In this document: piece after piece, positions 37,205-51,452 of the stretch
How the letters are laid out: each line of letters starts with the position of its first letter
Position numbering within the stretch: position 1 is the first letter of the stretch
Translations under genes and position numbers: made by a program
Assembly (NCBI GenBank): GCA_002269645.1
Contig: NIVC01002706.1
Coordinates: forward strand, 62,001 to 126,000
Length of the DNA stretch: 64,000 bases
Direction: 5' to 3'
Origin: Macrostomum lignano
Lineage: Eukaryota
Notes under the pieces: model-generated
The model's input: only the letters and a program-made list of their open reading frames with translations
What the model was told of the DNA's origin: nothing
The model's database searches: none

Positions 37205-37520
37205 TAGAGTCAGGGACTATTCTAAAGAGAGTCAGAGACTACTCTGGAGAGAGCCAGGCAGGGGATTCTGGAGAGAGTCAGACAGGATTCTGAAGAGAGT
37301 CAGACAGGATTCTGGAGAGAGTCAGGATTCTGGAGAGAGTCAGAGACTACTCTAGAGAGAGTCAGACAGGATTCTGGAGAGAGTCAGGATTCTGGAGAGA
37401 GTCAGAGACTACTCTAGAGAGAGTCAGACAGGATTCTGGAGAGTCAGACAGGATTCTGGAGAGAGTCAGGATTCTGGAGAGAGTCAGAGACTACTCTAGA
37501 GAGAGTCAGACAGGATTGTA
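37205..37520. repeat. ~22-bp minisatellite
   Basis: gagagtcagacaggattctgga units. Confidence 0.88.
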
Positions 37521-38654
37521 AAGATGGTCCTCAGGTGATGAGCAGGACATGAAGGCCTGTAGTGTTTGAAAGTTCTATTTGCAAAAGACATTGTTTTTGT
37601 AGCTCCAAAAATCTATTTTTAGCAATTCTTTCAGAAGACGTTCTCTTTTATGTTGACAGTGTTTTCAAGTTTTCTTCTAAAAATAGAAATGTGTTGGTGG
37701 CAGCACCCGTGTCTGGAGAACTGGCAGACACAGGTAAGTAACTAAATACTCCAAGTATTGATTGAAGACGCTTGGCCTGATCGATAGCTAACATCTGACA
37801 GCTTTTGAAAGCTGATAAACAGAATTCCTCAAGTACCAGCTGCAGCAACAAGGAGCTTGAAAACACACACAGATAGGTGATCGATTTTACTTTAGTCACA
37901 GGCCAGGTGCTTCTCTGCCTCTATTCCGCGGAATATTTTATCAACACCTTCTTGAAAGGGTGGCTGATGGAGATGCCAATCCCGCTCTGTCAAGCATCGC
38001 AGTGAGATTGCCTTATTAGGTCATCACCGGGAGAGCGTTCACTGAGCGGCTTGCAGAAAATATTCCCCGCTTATTGACAGCCTCCCGTGCCCCCCGGCTG
38101 TCACCTGGGGAAGACAATTCTTCCTCTGGGCCGCCCAAGCCCAAGCAGGCTGCGCGAGTACAAAAGAAATTCTCAAACACTGCAAATAACAAGCTGCCAG
38201 TGTCAATGCAAAGGTGCGTTGGAGACAACATCGGCAGAGTCTGGTAGGCGTCAGGCTGGGTGGCTGGTGCAAAACACACACAAAGGACCTCGTGAGCACC
38301 CTTGCAGATATTTGAGCAGGCTGTTTACGACGAGCTGCATCTCTCGTATGCCTTCGTCTCTCCTCCTCTTCCCTTCATAACAGTGTTTGGCACTGAGATG
38401 CTTTCTGCTTCTCGGGGTAGGCGAGACCTTGAAATGCTCCTTTTCACTGTGCTCTTCGTTTCTTTGGGATTGGGAAACTGAGACGAATAGAGGATCTGCC
38501 AGGTGTCCGGCCATCGATCAGCGGCTTCGAATTTGGGCGAGGGGGATTTCGAAAGAATATCTGCTCCAATGTGGGATAATATTGGAGACAGGGACTGACA
38601 ACACGTGGTATTTCTGTTCTGGGCTCGATAGTGTTATGAGAACAGTACCTAGTA

Positions 38655-38955
38655 ATGAATCTTATGACTGGTTTCGTTATGACTGATTCTGTTATGACTG
38701 ATTCTTTTGACTTGAATCTGCAATGACTGATTCTCTTATGACTGATTCTGTTATGACTGATTCTGTTATGACTGATTCTGTTATGACTGATTCTGTTATG
38801 ACTGATTCTGTTATGACTGATTCTGTTATGACTTGAATCTGCTATGACTGATTCTCTTATGACTGATTCTGTTATGACTGATTCTGTTATGACTGATTCT
38901 TTTATGACTGATTCTTTTATGACTGATTCTGTTATGACTGATTCTGTTATGACTG
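38655..38955. repeat. 15-bp minisatellite
   Basis: (atgactgattctgtt)n. Confidence 0.93.
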
Positions 38956-39394
38956 ATGCTGTCATTAGTCTGACTGAATAGGTCAGTCTGCAAAAAGTAC
39001 AGTCATTCCTCGAAGGAGCGCACTTTTTGTCCACTGCTTCAGCCGCATCAGACTTTAAGGCTGCTGGCAAAAGCATAGCACTATCGGGACTCTCTGGTTG
39101 CGATCAGTGATTTCGCTAAACTGTTTGAGCATTAAGTTCTCTCCGAAGCCAGTCAATAGAATTCACTTCGGCTTCACTCGGTCAAGTCCACTTTGCAAAT
39201 CTTCGTGAGGCTTCTTTAAAAGTGAACTGAGGAATTCAATTGTTAAAAATCCGCTTTCTGTAGCTCACAAATCTGTTCACCTGTCCTTTCATTCAAATTT
39301 CTACAGGAAGAACTTCTCTCATTTGCCTTGCTCAATTTCCACTTTCTGTTAATTGCGCTTCTCGGGCTCCTTTCCTCTTTCTCCTTGCCTCTTC

Positions 39395-39575
39395 ACCCTC
39401 TCTCCGCCCTCCACCCTCTCTCCGCCCTCCACCCTCTCTCCGCCCTCCACCCTCTCTCCGCCCTCTCTTCGCCCTCTCTCCGCCCTCTCTCCGCCCTCTC
39501 TCCGCCCTCTCTCCGCCCTCTCTCCGGCCTCTCTCCGGCCTCTCTCCGCCCTCTCTCCGCCCTCTCTCCGCCCTG
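39395..39575. repeat. ctctccgccct short-unit repeat
   Basis: 11-18-bp CT-rich units. Confidence 0.85.
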
Positions 39576-39595
39576 AGCCCTGGGGCCTGAGGCCC

Positions 39596-40822
39596 TGAGA
39601 TCTGAACCCCAACTATAGAGATCTGAGCCCCAACTATAGAGATCTGAACCCCAACTATAGAGATCTGAGCCCCAACTATAGAGATCTAAGCCCCAACTAT
39701 AGAGACCTGAGCCCCAACTATAGAGACCTGAGCCCCAACTATAGAGACCTGAGCCCCAACTATAGAGACCTGAGCCCCAACTATAGAGACCTGAGCCCCA
39801 ACTATAGAGACCTGAGCCCCAACTATAGAGACCTGAGCCCCAACTATAGAGACCTGAGCCCCAACTATAGAGACCTGAGCCCCAACTATAGAGACCTAAG
39901 CCCCAACTATAGAGACCTGAGCCCCAACTATAGAGACCTGAGCCCCAACTATAGAGACCTGAGCCCCAACTATAGAGACCTGAGCCCCAACTATAGAGAC
40001 CTGAGCCCCAACTATAGAGACCTGAGCCCCAACTATAGAGACCTGAGCCCCAACTATAGAGACCTGAGCCCCAACTATAGAGACCTGAGCCCCAACTATA
40101 GAGACCTGAGCCCCAACTATAGAGACCTGAGCCCCAACTATAGAGACCTGAGCCCCAACTATAGAGACCTGAGCCCCAACTATAGAGACCTGAGCCCCAA
40201 CTATAGAGACCTGAGCCCCAACTATAGAGACCTGAGCCCCAACTATAGAGACCTGAGCCCCAACTATAGAGACCTGAGCCCCAACTATAGAGACCTGAGC
40301 CCCAACTATAGAGACCTGAGCCCCAACTATAGAGACCTGAGCCCCAACTATAGAGACCTGAGCCCCAACTATAGAGACCTGAGCCCCAACTATAGAGACC
40401 TGAGCCCCAACTATAGAGACCTGAGCCCCAACTATAGAGACCTGAGCCCCAACTATAGAGACCTGAGCCCCAACTATAGAGACCTGAGCCCCAACTATAG
40501 AGACCTGAGCCCCAACTATAGAGACCTGAGCCCCAACTATAGAGACCTGAGCCCCAACTATAGAGACCTGAGCCCCAACTATAGAGATCTGAGCCCCAAC
40601 TATAGAGACCTGAGCCCCAACTATAGAGACCTGAGCCCCAACTATAGAGACCTGAGCCCCAACTATAGAGACCTGAGCCCCAACTATAGAGACCTGAGCC
40701 CCAACTATAGAGATCTGAGCCCCAACTATAGAGATCTGAGCCCCAACTATAGAGACCTGAGCCCCAACTATAGAGACCTGAGCCCCAACTATAGAGACCT
40801 GAGCCCCAACTATAGAGACCTG
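39596..40822. repeat. 21-bp highly homogeneous minisatellite
   Basis: (agacctgagccccaactatag)n, about 58 copies; agatct variants lie near the ends. Confidence 0.97.
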
Positions 40823-41814
40823 AACTTGCATCACTCTTTTTTCTGCCCCTCATCCAGATTCGCGCCGTGATTTCCTGTAAAATTCTCTGCAGCCTCGCCA
40901 GATAGAAAACACACCAGCGATTTTTATCTGTTATTCGGGAAATTTAATCAGAAACACGAACTAGCACCCAAAGTTAGAGGTCTTACATGTACTGCATTGC
41001 TTTTGTTTACTTTACAAGCCAAACGGTAAATTTATCTTTTTCAAGTACAGCTTCTGCAACCTAAGGAAATTAGAAATTCCAACAACAAATACAGATAGAT
41101 CAACAAGCAGCCGTATTTTTTAAGCTTCACACGGTTCACACCAAAACTTGTTTTTCTCCTTCTTAGTACAAGATGCGCGCCTGGCGCCATTGGCCCAGCA
41201 GCAGGCGCGCATCTCGCAGCTTGCTGTCCCGGTTCTGTCCAATGACAGCAGGGCTACGCTTGGCGCTCGCTACCTTAGTGACTACAAATAGTTAGCTCTC
41301 TGTCACTGAGCCGGACAGGCCAACCATTCTGAGTCTCCATTCTGAGCTGTTCAGTTAATTCAAGTAGGATTAATTTTATTTTTAAAACAAAAAAGCATAA
41401 CGCCATTTATTGGTCTGGATAAACAGGTGAGTGAAGCATTGCATATAAATATGAATATAAATTATTAATGCATATCTATAAGGATCGTGTCTCAGTGCCA
41501 GTCGGTAACTAATAATAGACCGAGGCGGCGGCTCAAATACTGCACTGTGCGATAAAGGCCGAGGTTCATGGTAGCTGCTATCGATTAGCCATAAATTTGG
41601 TGGCATCTATAAACGTTCTAGAAGAAGAAATATAAGCCAGTAGGCAAATCAGAAGTGCGGCCACTGGGCACTGTTTACTGATCGAGGCTGAAAATACTGT
41701 TGAGATTGTTGGTCCGATACTGAGTTGGAGACTGATGCTGAGAAGGGGAGAGAGAGGGAGGTAGAGAAAGAGAGAAGGTAACGGCTGGTGGGATATGGAT
41801 TAATATAGAGGGAG

Positions 41815-42615
41815 ATGGATAGGAGACAGGTGGGAGATAGATAGGAGACAGACACTGGACAGATAGGAGACAGACACAGGACAGATAGGAGACAGACACT
41901 GGACAGATAGGAGACAGACACTGGACAGATAGGAGACAGACACTGGACAGATATGAGACAGACACTGGACAGACAGGAGACAGACACTGGACAGATAGGA
42001 GACAGACACTGGACAGATAGGAGACAGACACAGGACAGATAGGAGACAGACACTGGACAGATAGGAGACAGACACAGGACAGATAGAAGACAGACACTGG
42101 ACAGATAGGAGACAGACACTGGACAGATAGGAGACAGACACAGGACAGATAGGAGACAGACACTGGACAGATAGGAGACAGACACTGGACAGATAGGAGA
42201 CAGACACAGGACAGATAGGAGACAGACACTGGACAGATAGGAGACAGACACAGGACAGATAGGAGACAGACACTGGACAGATAGGAGACAGACACTGGAC
42301 AGATAGGAGACAGACACTGGACAGATAGGAGACAGACACTGGACAGATAGAAGACAGACACTGGACAGATAGGAGACAGACACTGGACAGATAGGAGACA
42401 GACACAGGACAGATAGGAGACAGACACTGGACAGATAGGAGACAGACACTGGACAGACAGGAGACAGACACTGGACAGATAGGAGACAGACACCGGACAG
42501 ATAGGAGACAGACACTGGACAGATAGGAGACAGACACAGGACAGATAGAAGACAGACACAGGACAGATAGGAGACAGACACTGGACAGATAGGAGACAGA
42601 CACAGGACAGATAGA
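41815..42615. repeat. 22-bp minisatellite
   Basis: (gacagataggagacagacactg)n. Confidence 0.95.
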
Positions 42616-43251
42616 AAACAGGAGAGGGTGAGAGGCTCAGACCTGTTGCCATCAGAACTGATCTGTACTGACCATCGCTTCCTCAGATCAATATTCATTA
42701 TTTTCCATCCTACTTTCTCAACCGACTGAACTCGTCTTCATTTTTCGTCGGCCATGGTGCTTCATCAGTAATTTATATTTTTTAGCTCTCCTTATCTGAT
42801 TTGTGCATTCTAGTGGTCACCCATTAACAAAAGTATATATCAAATATTAAAGTACACACTCCAGTTAACTCCTAATCCGTTAGGCTCAATACATTTTTCA
42901 TGATCCGGACCTCGCTTCCATGTTTTACGGGTCTGCTAGCCACAAATTAGAATTAATTCCGCTGACTAGCGAGTATTATGACCAGCCTTTAATCTGGATT
43001 CTCATGAGCATGAGCATTCGCACAAATCCTTGTGATTTCCCGCATAAGACCAGCTGGTCTCCCCTATAAGGCCAGCGCACACAAGGAAAGGGTTTGTAGC
43101 GCTTTGTAAGGATATAGTAGCCCAGTTGGTACTGCGGTACCAGTTTAACTTATTCGATTTCGACAGTGCAAACCAACGGTTTTCACTGAAGCGTTTTTGC
43201 TATTTCGATTGTTTCATATCGAATATAGATTTTTTGTCACTTTTTTTCGAA

Positions 43252-46230
43252 TTAGACCCAGTCAGAAGCAGGTAGCAACCCAATTAGACCCAGTCAGTAA
43301 GCAGGTAGCAACCCAATTAGACACAGTCAGTAAGCAGGTAGCAACCCAATTAGACACAGTCAGTAAGCAGGTAGCAACCCAATTAGACACAGTCAGTAAG
43401 CAGGTAGCAACCCAATTAGACACAGTCAGTAAGCAGGTAGCAACCCAATTAGACACAGTCAGTAAGCAGGTAGCAACCCAATTAGACACAGTCAGTAAGC
43501 AGGTAGCAACCCAATTAGACACAGTCAGTAAGCAGGTAGCAACCCAATTAGACACAGTCAGTAAGCAGGTAGCAACCCAATTAGACACAATCAGTAAGCA
43601 GGTAGCAACCCAATTAGACACAATCAGTAAGCAACCCAATTAGACACGATCAGTAAGCAACCCAATTAGACACAGTCAGTAAGCAGGTAGCAACCCAATT
43701 AGACCCAGTCAGTAAGCAGGTAGCAACCCAATTAGACCCAGTCAGTAAGCAGGTAGCAACCCAATTAGACACAATCAGTAAGCAACCCAATTAGACACAA
43801 TCAGTAAGCAACCCAATTAGACCCAGTCAGTAAGCAGGTAGCAACCCAATTAGACACAATCAGTAAGCAACCCAATTCGACACAATCAGTAAGCAACCCA
43901 ATTAGACACAATCAGTAAGCAACCCAATTAGACCCAGTCAGTAAGCAGGTAGCAACCCAATTAGACACAATCAGTAAGCAACCCAATTAGACACAGTCAG
44001 TAAGCAGGTAGCAACCCAATTAGACACAATCAGTAAGCAACCCAATTAGACACAATCAGTAAGCAACCCAATTAGACCCAGTCAGTAAGCAGGTAGCAAC
44101 CCAATTAGACACAATCAGTAAGCAACCCAATTAGACACAGTCAGTAAGCAGGTAGCAACCCAATTAGACACAATCAGTAAGCAACCCAATTAGACACAAT
44201 CAGTAAGCAACCCAATTAGACCCAGTCAGTAAGCAGGTAGCAACCCAATTAGACACAATCAGTAAGCAACCCAATTAGACACAGTCAGTAAGCAGGTAGC
44301 AACCCAATTAGACACAGTCAGTAAGCAGGTAGCAACCCAATTAGACCCAGTCAGTAAGCAGGTACCGACCCAATTAGACACAATCAGCAGGTAAGCAGGT
44401 AGCAATCCAATTAGACACAATCAGCAGGTAAGCAGGCAGCAACCCAATTAGACACAGTCAGCAGGTAAGCAGGCAGCAACCCAATTAGACACAATCAGCT
44501 GGTAAGCAGGCAGCAACCCAATTAGACACAATCAGCAGGTAAGCAGGTAGCAACCCAATTAGACAGTCAGTAAGCAGGTAGCAACCCAATTAGACACAGT
44601 CAGTAAGCAGGTAGCAACCCAATTAGACACAGTCAGTAAGCAGGTAGCAACCCAATTAGACACAGTCAGTAAGCAGGTAGCAACCCAATTAGACACAATC
44701 AGTAAGCAGGTAGCAACCCAATTAGACACAATCAGTAAGCAACCCAATTAGACACAATCAGTAAGCAACCCAATTAGACACAGTCAGTAAGCAGGTAGCA
44801 ACCCAATTAGACCCAGTCAGTAAGCAGGTAGCAACCCAATTAGACCCAGTCAGTAAGCAGGTAGCAACCCAATTAGACACAATCAGTAAGCAACCCAATT
44901 AGACACAATCAGTAAGCAACCCAATTAGACCCAGTCAGTAAGCAGGTAGCAACCCAATTAGACACAATCAGTAAGCAACCCAATTCGACACAATCAGTAA
45001 GCAACCCAATTAGACCCAGTCAGTAAGCAGGTAGCGACCCAATTAGACACAGTCAGTAAGCAGGTAGCAACCCAATTAGACACAGTCAGTAAGCAGGTAG
45101 CAACCCAATTAGACCCAGTCAGTAAGCAGGTAGCAACCCAATTAGACACAATCAGTAAGCAACCCAATTAGACACAATCAGTAAGCAACCCAATTAGACA
45201 CAATCAGTAAGCAGGTAGCGACCCAATTAGACACAGTCAGTAAGCAGGTAGCGACCCAATTAGACACAGTCAGTAAGCAGGTAGCAACCCAATTAGACAC
45301 AGTCAGTAAGCAGGTAGCAACCCAATTAGACCCAGTCAGTAAGCAGGTAGCAACCCAATTAGACACAATCAGTAAGCAACCCAATTAGACACAATCAGTA
45401 AGCAACCCAATTAGACACAATCAGTAAGCAACCCAATTAGACCCAGTCAGTAAGCAGGTAGCAACCCAATTAGACACAATCAGTAAGCAACCCAATTAGA
45501 CACAATCAGTAAGCAACCCAATTAGACCCAGTCAGTAAGCAGGTAGCAACCCAATTAGACACAATCAGTAAGCAACCCAATTAGACACAGTCAGTAAGCA
45601 GGTAGCAACCCAATTAGACACAGTCAGTAAGCAGGTAGCAACCCAATTAGACCCAGTCAGTAAGCAGGTACCGACCCAATTAGACACAATCAGCAGGTAA
45701 GCAGGTAGCAATCCAATTAGACACAATCAGCAGGTAAGCAGGCAGCAACCCAATTAGACACAGTCAGCAGGTAAGCAGGCAGCAACCCAATTAGACACAA
45801 TCAGCTGGTAAGCAGGCAGCAACCCAATTAGACATAATCAGCAGGTAAGCAGGCAGCAACCCAATTAGACACAATCAGCAGGTAAGCAGGTAACAACCCA
45901 ATTAGACACAATCAGCAGGTAAGCAGGTAGCAACCCAATTAGACACAGTCAGCAGGTAAGCAGGCAGCAACCCAATTAGACACAATCAGCTGGTAAGCAG
46001 GCAGCAACCCAATTAGACATAATCAGCAGGTAAGCAGGCAGCAACCCAATTAGACACAATCAGCAGGTAAGCAGGTAGCAACCCAATTAGACACAGTCAG
46101 CAGGTAAGCAGGCAGCAACCCAATTAGACACAATCAGCAGGTAAGCAGGCAGCAACCCAATTAGACACAATCAGCAGGTAAGCAGGCAGCAACCCAATTA
46201 GACACAATCAGCAGGTAAGCAGGCAGCAAC
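43252..46230. repeat. 33/26/37-bp minisatellite with a ~1.3-kb higher-order duplication
   Basis: acccaattagacacagtcagtaagcaggtagca and length variants; marker ggtaccgacc at 44361 and 45667. Confidence 0.96.
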
Positions 46231-47814
46231 AGTAACAAGTAGGGCACAGTTTATCCCAGGCCCTAATCTCTATTTCCAAGAAAGACAATATTTCATATCT
46301 ATAGCTAAGCATGTAGATGGGGCACTGGACAGACTGCTGAATATCTCAGCAGCACGCGGCTACCGTAAGTGGACTTTAGCGGATGAAGTGGCCCGAGGGT
46401 TTGGTATCCATCCAAAGGCCTCGCGCTGGCGACTTTCTGCTCCGAGAAGCTCGAGTCCGAATATCTAGATTGGAGTGCCACGAGTGTCCGAAATGCCGGG
46501 AGGAAGGGAAGGTGTATGGAGGGGAGTGCTATATGATGCACTTCTCTAGACACGATCACATCAGCCAAGATCATGGCGGAAGTTTTGTGCACTTTTGTGA
46601 GTTTTATTATTTATTTTTCATACAGTCATTTTTCGGACAACTGTAGGCTAACTGACTAATACTGCGGCGAATCTAAAAATTATCATTTCTAATGACGTTT
46701 AGTGCATTCAACTATTTCTGTAAAATACTAGCTTGTAACTCATTGGCTACTGCTCAAAATGCTAAGCTCAGTAAAATGCCTACAGTTGTCTGAAAATGCG
46801 GTTTTTTGAGATAGATTAGTACAGACGGCCCTTCACACGTGCTGTACAAATTGACTTCTTATTAACTCTTATCTCTCTGGAATTGATTTAAGCGCACCTT
46901 GAATGGCGATATCGCATCGCTAAGACCGCCCACCCCCCTCTTCTACAAGTTATAGTCGGTGGATATCATCTTGTGCACGTGAGAGGCAAAAGTGGAATTC
47001 ATAGAGCTAGGGGTCAGTGTTGCTGGGGTCGGGCAGTTGCTATGGGGAAAAAGATGGTCAGCTGCAGTGATGGATGACGCGGAGGCGGCGGCGTTCACTG
47101 GAACGGCAGTTCGGGCAAGGCGCGGGGAGCGTTGCAAAAGCGATCATCCGCGGAAAAATCTCCTAGCTCCGGTCCCGCCCCAGGCCCCAAACGGTTCCTC
47201 CAAGCAAAAATTTCAAAGCAAACGCGCTTCAGAAGGAGAGAGGCAGCAGGAGCGGCAGAAGCAGACAGGGGGGGGAAATGTACTGCACCCTTAGTCTGCC
47301 TTCGGGCCTCTCTCACTCTCTAAAAAGCGGAGCAGCTTAGGAAACTGAAAGGCAACACGCGGCTACTGGGCCAGGCGCAGTTTGTGTCAACGCCAGACAT
47401 GCGGCCGAGACAGACATGGCAAGCGAAGGGAGCCGGACCAGCAGGCTCTATTATAAAGCGCTTGCCGCAGGTACATGAGGTCGTGCCAGTCCCAATTTGC
47501 GCTGCACACTGAGAAAAGAAGGTGGCCCGCTGATGGGAATTTGAAATTGTCATTTTTACCTGACTCTGTTTTTCTATGCAAAATTTTCCCCAATACATGT
47601 ATAGACTGCTTGCTCTTTGAAGTCGCCGCCAGGGGCTGCGTGTTTGCATTGCAACCTGTTGGCCTGTGGCATTGGCCTGGTCCTTGATGAGTGACTGAAA
47701 ATCTGCGCTGGACAATGGCGCGTGCTGCCAGAAGCAATGCATTTCTGCTCGTAGTATCAACTGCTTGAGCCAGTAGGAACAAATACCTGAGTTTCTTTCA
47801 GCCCTCAACCAAAG

Positions 47815-48390
47815 GATCCTACAGTCATCTACTAGATGGTCCTACAGTCTAAAAGGTGGTCCTACAGTCATCTACTAGATGGTCCTAGATTGGACCATCT
47901 ATTGGACCATGGTCCTACAGTCGTCTACTAGATGGTCCTACAGTCGTCTACTAGATGGTCCTACAGTCTATAAGGTGGTCCTACAGTCATCTACTAGATG
48001 GTCCTACAGTCATCTAATAGATAGTCCTACAGTCATCTAATAGATAGTCCTACAGTCATCTAATAGATAGTCCTACAGTCGTCTAATAGATAGTCCTACA
48101 GTCATCGACTAGAGGGTCCTATAGTCATCTACTAGAGGGTCCTATAGTCATCTACTAGAGGGTCCTACAGTCATCTACTAGATGGTCCTACAGTCATCTA
48201 CTAGATGGTCCTACAGTCATCTAATAAATAGTCCTACAGTCATCTACTAGATGGTCCTACAGTCATCTAATAGATAGTCCTACAGTCATCTACTAGATGG
48301 TCCTACAGTCATCTACTAGATGGTCCTACAGTCATCTAATAAATAGTCCTACAGTCATCTACTAGATGGTCCTACAGTCATCTACTAGAA
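47815..48390. repeat. 23-bp minisatellite
   Basis: (ggtcctacagtcatctactagat)n. Confidence 0.94.
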
Positions 48391-48704
48391 TCGTCACAAT
48401 GCGGCCGATTTACTTTTCAGCCAACACCGATCTCAAGCAGTCGGCGCAGACTTCAGGTCACTCCATCAGTTCCGTTGAAAAATCAGAAACGTTTTGTCTC
48501 GAACAGAAGCAGGGGAAAGTCCCACAGTCCTTTCTGCTTTGAGCTGCTTTTCATTGTGTTTTCTGTCTCGATTCAGCTATTGAAAGCAGTTTCAATGAAA
48601 GCAGAATTGTCAGATCCCGGATATTATGTTCTTACATGCATCGTGATTTGATATATCAGCTGCATTTTCATTCACCTCTCCAATGCTTTCTTTCTGCAAA
48701 CACG

Positions 48705-51452
48705 CTAATCAAACATCCCTACCATCTATCAAACATCCCTACCATTTATCAAACATCCCTACCATTTATCAAACATCCCTACCATTTATCAAACATCCCT
48801 ACCATTTATCAAACATCCCTACCATTTATCAAACATCCCTACCATTTATCAAACATCCCTACCATTTATCAAACATCCCTACCATTTATCAAACATCCCT
48901 ACCATCTATCAAACATCCCTACCATTTATCAAACATCCCTACCATTTATCAAACATCCCTACTATCTATCAAACATCCCTACCATTTATCAAACATCCCT
49001 ACCATCTTTCAAACATCCCTACCATCTTTCAAACATCCCTACCATCTTTCAAACATCCCTACCATCTATCAAATATCCCTACCATCTATCAAATATCCCC
49101 TTCAGCTATCAAACATCCCCATCAGCTATCAAACATCCCCATCAGCTATCAAACATCCCCATCAGCTATCAAATATCCCATCAGCTATCAAACATCCCCA
49201 TCAGCTATCAAACATCCCCATCAGCTATCAAACATCCCCATCAGCTATCAAACATCCCCATCAGCTATCAAAAATCCCCATCAGCTATCAAAAATCCCCA
49301 TCAGCTATCAAACATACCCATCAGCTATTAAACATCCCCATCAGCTATCAAATATCCCCATCAGCTATCAAACATCCCCATCAGCTATCAAACATCCCCA
49401 TCAGCTATCAAACATCCCCATCAGCTATCAAACATCCCCATCAGCTATCAAATATCCCCATCAGCTATCAAACATCCCCATCAGCTATCAAATATCCCCA
49501 TCAGCTATCAAATATCCCCATCAGCTATCAAATATCCCCATCAGCTATCAAATATCCCCATCAGCTATCAAACATCCCCATCAGCTATCAAATATCCCCA
49601 TCAGCTATCAAATATCCCATCAGCTATCAAACATCCCCATCAGCTATCAAATATCCCCATCAGCTATCAAATATCCCCATCAGCTATCAAACATCCCCAT
49701 CAGCTATCAAATATCCCCATCAGCTATCAAATATCCCCATCAGCTATCAAATATCCCCATCAGCTATCAAATATCCCCATCAGCTATCAAACATCCCCAT
49801 CAGCTATCAAACATCCCCATCAGCTATCAAATATCCCCATCAGCTATCAAATATCCCCATCAGCTATCAAATATCCCCATCAGCTATCAAACATCCCCAT
49901 CAACTATCAAACATCCCCATCAGCTATCAAACATCCCCATCAGCTATCAAATATCCCCATCAGCTATCAAATATCCCCATCAGCTATCAACCATCCCCAT
50001 CAGCTATCAACCATCCCCATCAACTATCAAACATCCCCATCAGCTATCAAATATCCCCATCAGCTATCGAATATCCCCATCAGCTATCAAACATACCCAT
50101 CAGCTATCAAACATCCCCATCAGCTATCAAATATCCCCATCAGCTATCAAACATCCCCATCAGCTATCAAATATCCCCATCAGCTATCAAACATCCCCAT
50201 CAACTATCAAACATCCCCATCAGCTATCAAATATCCCCATCAGCTATCAAACATCCCCATCAGCTATCAAATATCCCCATCAGCTATCAAATATCCCCAT
50301 CAGCTATCAACCATCCCCATCAGCTATCAAATATCCCCATCAGCTATCAAATATCCCATCAGCTATCAAACATCCCCATCAGCTATCAAATATCCCATCA
50401 GCTATCAAATATCCCCATCAGCTATCAAATATCCCCATCAGCTATCAAATATCCCCATCAGCTATCAAATATCCCCATCAGCTATCAAAAATCCCCATCA
50501 GCTATCAAATATCCCCATCAGCTATCAAATTTCTCCATCAGCTATCAAACATCCCCATCAGCTATCAAACATCCCCATCAGCTATCAAACATCCCCATCA
50601 GCTATCAAACATCCCTACCATCTATCAAACATCCCCATCAGCTATCAAAAATCCCCATCAGCTATCAAATATCCCCATCAGCTATCAAATTTCTCCATCA
50701 GCTATCAAACATCCCCATCAGCTATCAAACATCCCCATCAGCTATCAAAAATCCCCATCAGCTATCAAATATCCCCATCAGCTATCAAATTTCTCCATCA
50801 GCTATCAAACATCCCCATCAGCTATCAAACATCCCCATCAGCTATCAAACATCCCCATCAGCTATCAAACATCCCCATCAGCTATCAAATATCCCCATCA
50901 GCTATCAAACATCCCCATCAGCTATCAAACATCCCCATCAGCTATCAAACATCCCCATCAGCTATCAAATATCCCCATCAGCTATCAAACATCCCCATCA
51001 GCTATCAAACATCCCCATCAGCTATCAAACATCCCCATCAGCTATCAAAAATCCCCATCAGCTATCAAATATCCCCATCAGCTATCAAATTTCTCCATCA
51101 GCTATCAAACATCCCCATCAGCTATCAAACATCCCCATCAGCTATCAAACATCCCCATCAGCTATCAAACATCCCTACCATCTATCAAACATCCCCATCA
51201 GCTATCAAACATCCCCATCAGCTATCAAATATCCCCATCAGCTATCAAACATCCCCATCAGCTATCAAACATCCCCATCAGCTATCAAACATCCCTACCA
51301 TCTATCAAACATCCCCATCAGCTATCAAACATCCCCATCAGCTATCAAACATCCCCATCAGCTATCAAACATCCCCATCAGCTATCAAACATCCCCATCA
51401 GCTATCAAACATCCCCATCAGCTATCAAACATCCCCATCAGCTATCAAACAT
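48705..51452. repeat. 20-bp minisatellite with two sub-domains
   Basis: (accatttatcaaacatccct)n to ~49095, then (atcagctatcaaacatcccc)n. Confidence 0.97.

Noticed and set aside
39393-40853. Minus-strand 486-aa (SGLYSWG)n ORF resembling a Gly/Tyr-rich structural protein
   Set aside because: It is a near-invariant 21-bp DNA repeat with no synonymous variation and no signal peptide, and a second frame is also open. Expression data would be needed to reconsider.
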